A DNA stretch of 64,000 bases from assembly GCA_946965045.2 (NCBI GenBank), contig OX337240.1, positions 124,001 to 188,000 of the forward strand, written 5' to 3'. The position numbers and the translations under genes were made by a program. Position 1 is the first letter of the stretch; every line of letters begins with the position of its first letter. Under the pieces are notes generated by a model that was not told the origin of the DNA, searched no databases, and was given only the letters and a program-made list of their open reading frames with translations. This document shows positions 22,101-32,517 of this stretch, piece by piece. The DNA comes from Epithemia pelagica. Its lineage: Eukaryota; Protista; Bacillariophyta.

Positions 22101-23331
22101 TCTACAATCGGTCAAATCGTCGGTTACTTTCTTCAGGGACTTGCGATAGTCAGACACAGCTTGATGTGCTTGTAGCAGATCCTGTTCCAAACAATGGATC
22201 TGATTGTGGAGACGTGTGATTTCTTCGTTGTCTTCTTGTGTCGAATCCATGTTGGCAGATTCGTCAGCATTATCTAGAGTTTCATTACTACTAAGGTACG
22301 TCTTATTTCTTGTCTCTTCAGTTGTTGATGAGTCGCCTTGCTCATCTCTGGACTGCTTACTCTCTGCATTTTCGAATGGGGGCAGGTCATCTAATTCTTC
22401 ATTGTCGACATCAAACGACTCGGCTTCATCGACTGCATGGTCTCGAGAATCATGAGCATAAAAGCTGTGATGGCTGAGGGGGTCCTGGAAAAGAGGTAAG
22501 TTTAACAGAAACTGTGGAGTTTCTTTCTTGTTTGCAGCGTCGTTGTATTCGTCTTCATCAATCTCACTAATGAGGTCGTCATCGTCTTGAGGAACATTCC
22601 CTTGGGTTGGGTTCTTAGTTTCATCCTTGCCTTGTGGATGCTGGTACAGAATGCTTTCGAGAGTGGATGATGGAGGTGGAGGTATGATCCTTGATCGTTT
22701 CCTCCTCTGTCGTTTCTTGCGTTTGCGAGTCGTTCTCATGGAATTTGTCGCCATTGCATGGTCGACAAAACAAATCAATTGGCGGTGGTTTTGGAGAGTT
22801 CTTCTTCTTTGGGTCGATGTATGTGGGATGCCAGAAATTTGTGTGCTTGGATCTACAGGTGTATCGACCGCCTATTGCCTTGCGGTTTATCTTGTGAGAA
22901 GGACGGAAACCAGACTCGTCGTCTGCCTTTTTGCATTGGCTACAGAAGGTGTATCCTGGGTAGCGTTCCTCGCGGTCTCTGCCATAAACAGAGCAGGGGA
23001 CATGGTCTTCGTCCATAAAATCAAGAACAATCTGGGCAATCCGCTTTCTCTCAACAGAGTTTTTTTCACATGTGATATTCGATTCTTTGCGTCGGGTCCT
23101 TGTCTGTTTGTTGGGAGATGGAAGGAGCTTCTGGGCTTCCTCCGCTTCGCGTTTTGCCAGTTCGGCGAGAATTTCTTCTTCCGTCTTGAACCTGCTATCC
23201 TTGGCACCTCCATCGTTGGAATCTGATGCCGTCTCTTTTTCTCGAAGGCGACGAGACTTCCGAGAACCTTCAGTGGAAGCGGTGGGTTGCCTCTTCTTTG
23301 CGTAGTTCTTCGGGGGCTTCTGTTTTGGCAT
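19143..23331 (-). pseudogene. RAG1/Transib/Chapaev-like DDE transposase; frameshifts near 22690 and 21360; intron 19979-20052
   Basis: QSLDG (D), TNCDMS..WKLLG (D), PCSKC, PCILH, ITNYAHLIGSGH, and QQGWE|AFNSLFKTFYFSRTQRGG after splicing. Acidic tail. Confidence 0.8.
19501..19710. repeat. 30-bp coding minisatellite (GAEQSTNENG), about 7 units, 4 near-identical
   Basis: TTCTCATTCGTCGACTGCTCAGCACCTCCA at 19531, 19561, 19591 and 19621, with degenerate flanking units. Confidence 0.92.
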
Positions 23332-25653
23332 TCAACGAGGATAGGATAAGTAATAATACAAGTATTACTCGACTCAAATGGCGCTGTCCTCATTGTTTCA
23401 TCGTCGACTTCTCTCGGTTGGAGTTCGTACTTCTGATGACTCAACTACGATTGAAAGGCGATTAGGTTGGTGTATGTTATTCATTGATGTATATAAATTA
23501 ATGCTGTAGAGGTGTGCACGTGTGAGTGGGTGTGCTGTGCTCGCATTTTTTTCCCAAAATTTCGTTTGTGTGTGAAAGGTGCCAATTGGACCCGTTGTAT
23601 CTCGACGAATATTACCTACTTTTGTCATCGGACAAAAACGTAACATTGTGTTGTATTGATAGTGTCATGGACCGTTGGCCGATGACAAAGTTAGTGGGTA
23701 TTGCATTGGCAGTTTAGAACCAAAATCGGATGGTCGTTGGGAATGAAATTTTGGTGGTTATATTTAACAAAGGATGAGCCACTGTTTGGGTCATAGTTGG
23801 TGGGGGGTTTCTGATACGACATCTTGGTGGATCTTGGACGTTGGGGTCTCGCCATGCGCGCACAATATGCACAGAATGCTGCTATTGTGGAAGCCATGTC
23901 ACAAAGTGTCACATAAGTGTCACACACGAGAGGGAAACCGCGCGACTCGCACGAAACTACTTCCCGGTCGTACAAAAAATTCCTACTGTAGTATAAAAAT
24001 GTGAGACGAACTACCTACACAGTCTGGTATGGAGTTAGTGAACGAAGCATTGCGTCGAATTTGTGTCTGGAATTTGTATGGCAAGGACAATGGAATTGGA
24101 TTGCCTTGGTGGGAATATGTCAAGCACTTTACCGAACTCTGTGATAGTGAATCCGTTGCGTCTGGAGGCAAGGTCTTTAGCGATAAAGCCTGTGTGAAAC
24201 AGGCCATGGAATTAGCGGGAGTAGACAAGGATATGGTCGATGAGTGCATGGAAAAATCTGGTGGTACAACGGAGGATCAACCAAACCAACTTTTGGAGAA
24301 GGCATTGGCGGATCAACGGGCGTCGGATGTTGGTCATATTCCCCTTCTTGTTGTGAACCAAGCTGTCATCTGCGGTTCCTTGAATTTGGATACAACATTC
24401 AGGGCAATATGCACCGGCTTTGCAGCTGGATCAGTGCCACCAATTTGTCTCGAGTGTGCCACTTCTCAGGACAAGAAGACATGCGTAGAACACAGCTCGG
24501 GTGCCTACCAAACTAACGGGTTACTCGGTATCAATACCCGAAATACCGGTGTGGCCATATGTATCGTGGTCGTGGTGATGGTCCTTCTGATGGTTTTCTT
24601 TGCTTTGGACAGGCGCCAAAAGGCTTTTATGCGACAGCAAAGTCAAAGTGATGAGGATGACCTCGATGACAGAGCTGTAACCTTAGAATTGTCCTAGACA
24701 ACGAGAGAAATAAGGGACATGTCAATGGAGAGAGCCACACACAATGCCGATTATACGCAAAAGACACACAGCAATCAGAACTATGTGTGAAAAGAAGAGC
24801 AGTCTGGATGGCACGATGCCCGCCCTGTCCCCAGTGGCTGCTGCACTCGATCGCTCGTGTATTGCGTCCTTGCCTTTACTGGTACTCTTACTACTCCACA
24901 AACCAATCATGGCCCTTTGCTTTCGCAAGAATTCTAACCCATCTCTGTTCACCAGGATACACAACATGCACCCCACGACTCGTCCTAGTCTCTCTGTATA
25001 CCAACACACCCGGTAAAGATCGTCTGACGAAACACTGTCGTCTTATCGAAAGCACAAGAAGGTTATTCTCCATACAGAACAGGCCTGGACGACCATCCCT
25101 TGGACAGCACTCCGGCGACAACATATGAGAACATGGCAGAGCATGCTCGGCACACACGAATCACGAACAGAGGTGACAGTGGAGTTTGTTGGAGCCGTCG
25201 TGTAGACGTGAAGGCAAATCCCTATGGTAAACCTTCGTATGTTCCAGATTTTCTAACAAACACAATAATCTTGGCGACGTCAATGGTCCGGAGCCTGTCT
25301 CCACGCCATCTCGGCAAGGCCAGTCACCGACACAGAAAGATGGGGTTTGCTTTTCTTGTGGAAAACTGGAAAACACCTGGGCCAGTCGTAGACCAAAAAG
25401 AAGATGGCCCCCGAGAGGTCAATCATGTCAATATTCAATAGGGCTACCAGGTGCTTGGAACATGGGGGGATGATACTATGAATCCTCTATTATGCACGTC
25501 ATCAAACAACGGCTTCCAACTGACGTATTTCACCTAAATACGTCAGTACTTTCAAGCAGGTGGCATAGTGTGACCAGTGACCGGCCTTTCTATAATCTCT
25601 TTTATCCCCCTTTGACGCACGGAACTTTCGGTTCAAGCAACCCCCGAAGCCAC

Positions 25654-25929
25654 ATGAAACTCATTGGCAATGTCTCCATGTGTGTCGTAATGACAGCCTT
25701 GTTGCTTCCCTCTGTCACAGTATCCTTGGCCGGCTTTGGCTCGGGTGGAATTGTCGTTGGATCCAAGGTCACGATGTGGCAATTGGCGATTGGGGGTGTG
25801 GAAGCAGGATCCTTGTTCTGGAAAGGAGCAGTCACGGTGGCGGGAGCAGCCGCCTCGTGGAGAGGAAGCAAGCAGTTTGGAAGGCTCCAAAGAGCGTCTC
25901 GAAGGAAGTACAGGACATTTACAAAATAA
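25654..25929 (+). pseudogene. ISG12-like copy F, a decayed duplicate of copy E with an internal deletion
   Basis: Near-identical to 14216-14640 but lacking the AKLQGMGASGLFLSGI segment. 26228-26256 is identical to 14667-14695. Confidence 0.8.
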
Positions 25930-26276
25930 GAACTTCAAACACATCTACTATATCCGATGGAAACATGTTTGTAGTACTACTTTTCGGTGACCTGGAGTTA
26001 GACTGTAAAGCACTACGTGCGCCATAGCATTTCTTAGAAGAATCCGTACTCACACACCTCTTTTCTGGTGTACCAGTTCGTGGTCATCCCGCTTTCAAAC
26101 GAATTCGCCTGTCGTTTTGGTCTTGGAATTCTATGTATATTTCTCTCTCTTCTACTCTACTAGCTAGGAGTGGAAGCACTCGGGGACATCCTCTCTGCAA
26201 TTCTCGCTTCCTTGTTGCTTTGCTATGATGAAGAATGTCTCATCCATTGTCGAATCCCTCCTCTAGCCAAACAGTA

Positions 26277-26320
26277 GGTGGGTCGGTGGGTCGGTGGGTC
26301 GGTGGGTCGGTCGGTCGGTC
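26277..26320 (+). repeat. (GGTGGGTC)4(GGTC)3, a canonical G-quadruplex motif
   Basis: Four GGG tracts separated by TCGGT loops at 26280-26306. Confidence 0.8.
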
Positions 26321-27686
26321 TCGTAGGTACCCTCCGATTGCGGGGGTACCTCCCGTCTGCTGTCCATACGGTTATTGCCAAATTTTCCTAAAAAATGTAA
26401 AAATTACTTCTGTCAAATTTCCTTTGATTTAGCAAATTATTATAACGTCCAAGCCAACTGTAATAACTGGCTTGGCCATATTGTGTAGCCGCTTGCGCTC
26501 ATGCAAACCGTGATTGACGAGACATGTGCACAGAGAAATCTACGAGCCCATTTTGTACTCTATAGTCTATACTGTTTCAGAAGCGAGTACTCTTTACGCA
26601 GTAGTGGATCAAGCTTCACGGAATCATCACGCACACACACCAAACCATGAAATACACACACATCATGGATCATGGTGCAATGCACCTCTAGGAGTATCAA
26701 CTATCAACACAAGCTCCTGGCACTTTGTCTATGGGAAAGATAAAAAGAATAGTCCACTACTAGTTTAGGCTGCCTCCTTCCTGGGCTTATACACCCCATG
26801 ATGATGCTATCAAAACTTCGCCTCATCATTGCAGTGGTTGATTGTTCTTTGCAGTGGTTGATTGTCATGTTTCATGTTGTCATCCTTCCTTTGATGCATT
26901 CCGCCTTCACTTGTGATCTAGGTGGATGGTTTTGACCATAAAGTTGTCACTGTGGTCGTTCGTACGGCTGGATTGGTTTTTGGTGTGCTCATGGTCGTCT
27001 TTTGTGGTGTTGCTCGAAAAGTGAGACGATTCCTGGCCCTTTTGTGCCAGAAATACAAGGCGTGACCGGTGCGTCGATTTCGAACGATCGAAGGGAGGCT
27101 GGCGATATTACCCGGCTGGCGCTTTGGGAAAAAATACGGGACAATTTTTTTCCTTTCGGATGACGGACGAACAAAGGTACCCCCCCAAACGCACCCAAAG
27201 CTCCAAAACGCGATGAATTAAAACCCGAATGGGAATCCAATCGGCTTTCCATCGGCCGCGTGTGAGGCATCGGACAGACCGTTTTTTGGTCACCGTTGCT
27301 TAACAAGGAAGAGCCCGCGAGAATCCGAAATCCGAAAGATGCGAACCGTCCGTTGGCTGTCCATTCTATGATTCTTGTGTGCAATGGCCTTGTGTTGTTC
27401 GCCGTCTTCCATGACATCATGGAGGACCACTGACGGTTCTCTTCCAACATTATATTCTTATCATGATGGCGACTTCTTCTACCTACTATTAGGTAGTCCT
27501 ATCTTTATGGGATCACAGCCGCCTTTTTAGCGCTCGTTTTCTACTAATCTCACAATCTGTGCTTTGATCCAGGGACAGAGTGTTCTTGTTCTTGTTGTTG
27601 TTGTTGTCGTTGTTATTGTTGCGTCTTGTCAGAGAACCAGGCCAACTACAAACGAAAACCAACACCACCCAGAGACTCGCCAGAAG

Positions 27687-28241
27687 ATGGTGTCCATGAG
27701 CAACGCCAAGAAGACGATTCTTGTTTTGGTATGGTTGGTGAGTTTGTACTCGACGAGCTTGGTGCATGGTCGACGAATCTCTTTTGGTCCAAAACGACAT
27801 CAGCAGCAAGAAGAAGAGGAACTGCAGCAAGAGCAACCACAAGATACTTCCGAACCACCCGGAACCAACAAGCCTCGCAAGACGAAACGACAAATTCGTC
27901 AAGAAGAAAAAGGGGACGAAATGGAAACCGCCACCGCCACCACTCTTTGGAATCCTTACCAGCAAGAACTATTTCCGACTGCCATGCAGCTTCCCCCTCC
28001 TCGATCCCTCCCCGAACAAGAGGATTCCTCCTCTGGATCGACTACTACTAGGACGAGTCGTGGACTGGATCGTCCTCGTCGGGTGGTGAAACTGCAACCG
28101 GGGGAACGGAGATTGTACACACCATCTCCTCCGACATGTCCCCCAGGCAGCAGCAAAGGGATGATGATGATGATGGGATCCAGTTGCGGAGGCGGCAAGG
28201 CCATGATGGGCTCGAGTACGAGCAGTGATAGAGGCAAGTAA
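27687..28241 (+). CDS. Putative secreted low-complexity protein (184 aa) with a K/G/M/S-rich tail
   Basis: Hydrophobic N-terminus TILVLVWLVSLYSTSLVHG; tail SKGMMMMMGSSCGGGKAMMG...RGK. Confidence 0.55.
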   Translation: MVSMSNAKKTILVLVWLVSLYSTSLVHGRRISFGPKRHQQQEEEELQQEQPQDTSEPPGTNKPRKTKRQIRQEEKGDEMETATATTLWNPYQQELFPTAMQLPPPRSLPEQEDSSSGSTTTRTSRGLDRPRRVVKLQPGERRLYTPSPPTCPPGSSKGMMMMMGSSCGGGKAMMGSSTSSDRGK

Positions 28242-29267
28242 TGGTAAGAACACACCACGCCAAGGATCACGAACGACCGGATACCAATGCCCCCAGATGA
28301 CTCGTTTCCTTCCATAGCAAGACTTGTGGTGTGTGTGTGTTTGTTGGTGTGTTGGTGGTCCTGTACTCGTCTTGTCTCCGAATAGGATGAAGTATAACGG
28401 CAAGGTAGTTTCTTTTACTTTTTCATTCCATCTATTGTCGTTGCAACCACACTATCATAGAATCACAGTTCCAGTAGCAACACGAGAGCAGGCAGAGAAC
28501 TTCCTTGTACTAGCTACCGTGTCGAGAAACGTCAAACTATTCCATCTGTCGTGTATCCTGGTGGAACACCAAACGCAATACAATACAACGCAACAAAACG
28601 GCAGTTGCTTCGAAAACAGCACCCGCCCAAAAATTCTCTTGTGGTTCTGAAAACGAGAAATTCTGTACGTTCTTCTTCTGGCATGTGTGGAAGGCATCAT
28701 CATCATCATTATCTCTTGTGGGAGTGGCGAGTCCGATGGCAGCTCGCTTTCGAATGCGTAGTTTGTATCCGTATCCCATCGGCCGGAGGAAGAACCATTA
28801 TTATTATATTTGTGAGGGCACATACCCCCCAAAGATCCTTTCCCACCACGCACCACGCTCCCTAAATGGCCTGCTCCTACAATATGTCATTGAAGTGTGT
28901 GATCTGACCCTACAGATTTTGAGGTGAACTACCAAAAGCGATCCGGAAGATTCAGTGGTAGCTACCACTCCTACATAGCCCAAGCTAGAGGATCACGCCT
29001 ACCAAGACCAAGATCCTAGAACCTACCTACCTAGAACCCACAACCCACAACGCGCCGACCAAATGGTCCGAGGTTTGAGTTTTAGTGTTGTTTTCTTGGA
29101 TGAGCCACAAAACCTCTTTACGAAGAACCAACCACACAAAAGAAAACAAAACCAAACATGCAACAACACGAATCCGAGATCGTAGATATTACCTGCATTC
29201 TACCGAGTCGTCCTCCGACTTGTGTGCGTGAGTTGGCTCGTTTGGGAATCGGATACTTCTATCCATC

Positions 29268-29464
29268 TGGTTTCATGACCCCAAACATGAGTAAAAATCC
29301 CTAAGCAAGAGAGCAACGCGAGACACTCGAAACCATTTTGTTGCATGTGAGTGGGTATTCTGTGACATGACGACGTCACACTCACACGCAACAAAATGGT
29401 TTCGAGTGTCTCGCGTTGCTCTCTTGCTTTGGGATTTTTACTCATGTTTGGGGTCATGAAACCA
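29268..29464. repeat. Foldback: 86-bp arms with 2 mismatches and a 25-nt loop
   Basis: 29268-29353 is the reverse complement of 29379-29464. Confidence 0.95.
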
Positions 29465-29638
29465 ACCATATGTACATACAAAACAAAACAAACACACGGA
29501 CAAACGAAACAAAACGTCAAGAACTGAAATCGGTTTTAGGTATTAGTACTTTGGTATAGGTGGTGCCGATTCCTTTGGTGTTGGGACTGGGTTGTGACGG
29601 TGGTGGGTGGAAACGACTGTGGTGATGGTGATTGGGTG

Positions 29639-31447
29639 TTACGAGGCCGAGGCCGCCTTGGCGGCAGCCGCATGAGGACAGGTAGCCGCAGGAGCAGGAG
29701 GAGCAGCTGGAGTCGTTCCACTGCTGCTCCTGGCGGAGGAGAATTGACGTGGTTCAAATTTCAATTCGGGCACGGTACAGCTGATGACAGAATCCAAGCC
29801 ATAGTCGACGTGTTTCCAATGCGCGACGGGTTGGGCCGGGGCAAATTCCCATTGCAGACAGAGCGAGGCCAAGAGCGCGGCCGTTTCCAAATGCGCGACG
29901 CGACTGCCGGGACATTTGCGAGCGCCTTGCGAAAAGGGTCCATTCATGAGGGCATGGTCCAAGACCAAAGCCGAAGGATGGTCCCGACGGGCTTGAACGG
30001 CCGGGGCCAAGAAGCGTTCGGGCACAAAGTCGAGGGGATCACTTCCATACAAACTGGTGTAGTCCGCGTCACCCGGATGGGCAATTTGATCCGGATCAAT
30101 GCCCTTGGAATAATTGTCCAAGGCCACGGTGGAACCGGGCGGCAAGGTCTGGCCATGCACCTCCACGGCGGTCGGAAACCGCCGTTGCGGAATGGGTATG
30201 AACGTATTGGCCAAGCGATGACTTTCGCGAATGCAGGCATGCAAATAGGGGGCATTCTGCGGCGCAATGGATTCGGGCGTAATGCCCTTGGCAGCTTGTG
30301 GGCCCAAAAAGGCTTCTTGTTCCTGGACAATGCGTTCTTGGGCGCGCGGACACTGCGCTAAATGCCAGAGTTTCCACGTGGTATTGCCGCCCGTCGTATC
30401 GACGCCGGCCGTCAAGAGGCCTTGGACAATAAACTTGGCATCCTCCACCGTGACGCGCTTGTCGGCTTGCGTTTCCGATTGTTGGCGCGCCATGGCGGCC
30501 ACGGCATAGGATTGTCGTTCCGATTCGGTCCACTCGGTCTCGGGTTTGTCGAGCAGCGCTTGTATTTTGATGGCACTCATGGCATCGGCCTTGGTAAAGG
30601 TATCGGCAAAGTCGCGATAGCGCGCCGTTTCCCAGCCCAGTGTTTTGATCATGATACCATCCCAAATGCTCAAGGTCATTTGATTGTTGAGCCGTAAAAA
30701 TTTGGCCACGGTTTCGCAAAATTCCAAATCCACTGGATCCGTCTCGTGCGTGGGATCGGCGACGCGCGGATTGTGACCAATCATGACGTTGCTAAACATG
30801 TCAAAACTGGCACAATTCAAATACTGGTTCAAGTCGTGCGCCGAGGGCGGTGCCCCCCGAGCGGCTAGCCAGGCCGCGTCGCAAATGGCCGGCAAGTAGC
30901 GTTGGGCACTGGCCGGACTCAACAAGTCGGTTTGGACAAAGGACCTTAAGCGTTTCCATTCGGGACCGGACGGGGTAAAAAAGTGTTGGGCCAAGCGGTT
31001 GCGATCCTTCAAATATTTGCCAAAGCCAAAGGCCGATTGGGCGGCGCCACTGGGATATTGGCCTTCGTGACGCAACAAGCGCGCCATGGTGACGGGATCT
31101 TGAAGAATATACACGGTACCATACAGACCCGATCCGACACCGGGCAAGCCAAAGGAATAAAAATCGCCAAACTGACGACGCATGGCTGGATAAAAGTCCA
31201 AAATGCGCGTGAGATCAAAGGGCGGAATTCCGGAATGCGACGACCACAAGGAACCCAGGAGCGGCAATGAGGGAACCTTGACCAGTTGTGGATGTTTATT
31301 TGTAGTATCATTCAGGGTAGCTGCCGCTGGTGCCGCGGCCGCCGTGGATTTCCAACACTGGTGTGCAGCGGGTGGCGCCCGCACCATTCGTTGGAAAGTG
31401 CCTTGTTTCCATAATGAGGAGGAGGATGACTGGAGGATTCGATGCAT
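29639..31447 (-). CDS. Cytochrome P450 (602 aa), intact
   Basis: PSLPLLGS, AGVDTT (I-helix), ESHR (ExxR), PERF, FSQGARKCPG (heme Cys). Confidence 0.95.
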   Translation of the reverse strand: MHRILQSSSSSLWKQGTFQRMVRAPPAAHQCWKSTAAAAPAAATLNDTTNKHPQLVKVPSLPLLGSLWSSHSGIPPFDLTRILDFYPAMRRQFGDFYSFGLPGVGSGLYGTVYILQDPVTMARLLRHEGQYPSGAAQSAFGFGKYLKDRNRLAQHFFTPSGPEWKRLRSFVQTDLLSPASAQRYLPAICDAAWLAARGAPPSAHDLNQYLNCASFDMFSNVMIGHNPRVADPTHETDPVDLEFCETVAKFLRLNNQMTLSIWDGIMIKTLGWETARYRDFADTFTKADAMSAIKIQALLDKPETEWTESERQSYAVAAMARQQSETQADKRVTVEDAKFIVQGLLTAGVDTTGGNTTWKLWHLAQCPRAQERIVQEQEAFLGPQAAKGITPESIAPQNAPYLHACIRESHRLANTFIPIPQRRFPTAVEVHGQTLPPGSTVALDNYSKGIDPDQIAHPGDADYTSLYGSDPLDFVPERFLAPAVQARRDHPSALVLDHALMNGPFSQGARKCPGSRVAHLETAALLASLCLQWEFAPAQPVAHWKHVDYGLDSVISCTVPELKFEPRQFSSARSSSGTTPAAPPAPAATCPHAAAAKAASAS

Positions 31448-32039
31448 TCTGTGGATTCTACTTATACTGCCTTTGTGTTGTTGCGATCTCTATCCTACAA
31501 ACAACAACAACAACAACAACAAGCTGTGTGGAGTTGGTCAATCTCTCCAACCGCAACAACCACAACAAGAGTTCAATGATCCGGCCAAATCAAAGAGCGG
31601 AGGAGCGAGCGATTTGCGATTTTCTACTTGTTACCCCCAAGCAGGCTTAATCTCTGGTCGCACATAATAAAGGATTTATTCAGCGACCATATAAATCGCA
31701 TCCCCGTTAGAAAGTAGGTTTGGTGTGAGCGCGGTGAATCCCTAGCGGGTAGGCGCGGCAGCTGGAAGAATAGACTATTCCCTTGAAAAACTGCATGGAG
31801 TATCTTTCCTCTCTCTCATGTGGACACGTCAGAGTCCAAGCGACCGTTGGGAGTTGGAGGACCCGGCCGGCGCGGAAGACAAACATACAGCCCGTAGTCT
31901 ACCTAGCTAGCATCTCGGACGAGAACTTGGAAGGGTTTAGCAGCATCCTACGGTATAGTTCTATCATCATCATCGTCATCCCATGACGGGTAGTTGCAAT
32001 GTCAATAGTAGTCGAAGAAACTAGGTACTGCTGTGGAAC

Positions 32040-32194
32040 AGAAACCATGGTTGGTTCCATCATTGTTCCAACCCAACCGCCACCACTTTGGCCGTTCATT
32101 GCTCGACAATGGTGTCAAAGGAGGGTCGGGCACGGGTAACCGGATGCCAACAGTATTGCAACAAGGTTCGAATGGCGGGGGAGGCAATTCGATT
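32040..32194 (-). repeat. Diverged duplicate of the kinase C-lobe tail (cf. 32498-32652)
   Basis: IRTLLQYCWHPVTRARPSFDTIVE versus I*ALLQDCWHPVPCARPSFDTIVE. Confidence 0.85.
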
Positions 32195-32517
32195 CGGAGG
32201 ATGGGCAGTCGATTGGTCTATCTAGTAGCTACCTAGGTATAGTAGTAGGTAGTTTCGGTTGTCGCTTGTGGTAGATCTGGAGGGTTTTTGACGGCTTGTA
32301 TGGTTGTTGGGATTCCTCTTTCGCCAATGGAAGCATCCTAGCTAGGTATTCGGTCTATCATCATCATCATCATCATCATCATCATGACTGTGTGTGCCAT
32401 CAAACTCTTGTACAGCAGTAACGACTGGTACGATAGTTGATATCCCAAGCACAATATATTAGAACCGGTAGTAGTAGCTATAGTATGGCTGGGGAATAGA
32501 AACCATGGTCGGTTCCA

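Larger units (their letters stand above)
17097..24034. mobile_element. 6.9-kb two-gene DNA transposon of the CMC/Transib supergroup, TTA target duplication
   Basis: Inverted repeat 17094-17121 versus 24010-24037 (23/28, inner 13 bp perfect). TTA at 17094-96 and 24035-37. Host frame resumes after 24037. Confidence 0.82.
15843..24697 (+). pseudogene. Vacuolar sorting receptor-like gene (signal peptide, PA domain, C-terminal TM) split by insertions at about 16909-24037
   Basis: Exons 15843-15944, 16072-16406, 16504-~16908, 24038-24697. Motifs FGNPPYG, MIDRGDCSFVQKVRNGQKAGA, MADDGTG, CINHGRYC, GQEVV|NEALRRICVW, WWEYVKHF. Confidence 0.9.

Noticed and set aside
24018-24024. CACAGTC as an RSS-like heptamer
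   Set aside because: Wrong orientation relative to the end, internal position, and no nonamer.
16904-24038. The whole insertion being spliced out as a GT-AG intron
   Set aside because: Both nearby donors joined to the AG at 24037-38 create an immediate TGA.
24036-24040. TAGTG as a CACTA terminus of the 6.9-kb element
   Set aside because: The left counterpart is AACTT and no TSD results; the TTA parse gives matching flanks.
25519-25547. Perfect 12-bp hairpin as a Helitron 3' end
   Set aside because: No CTRR terminus at the expected distance and no other Helitron feature.
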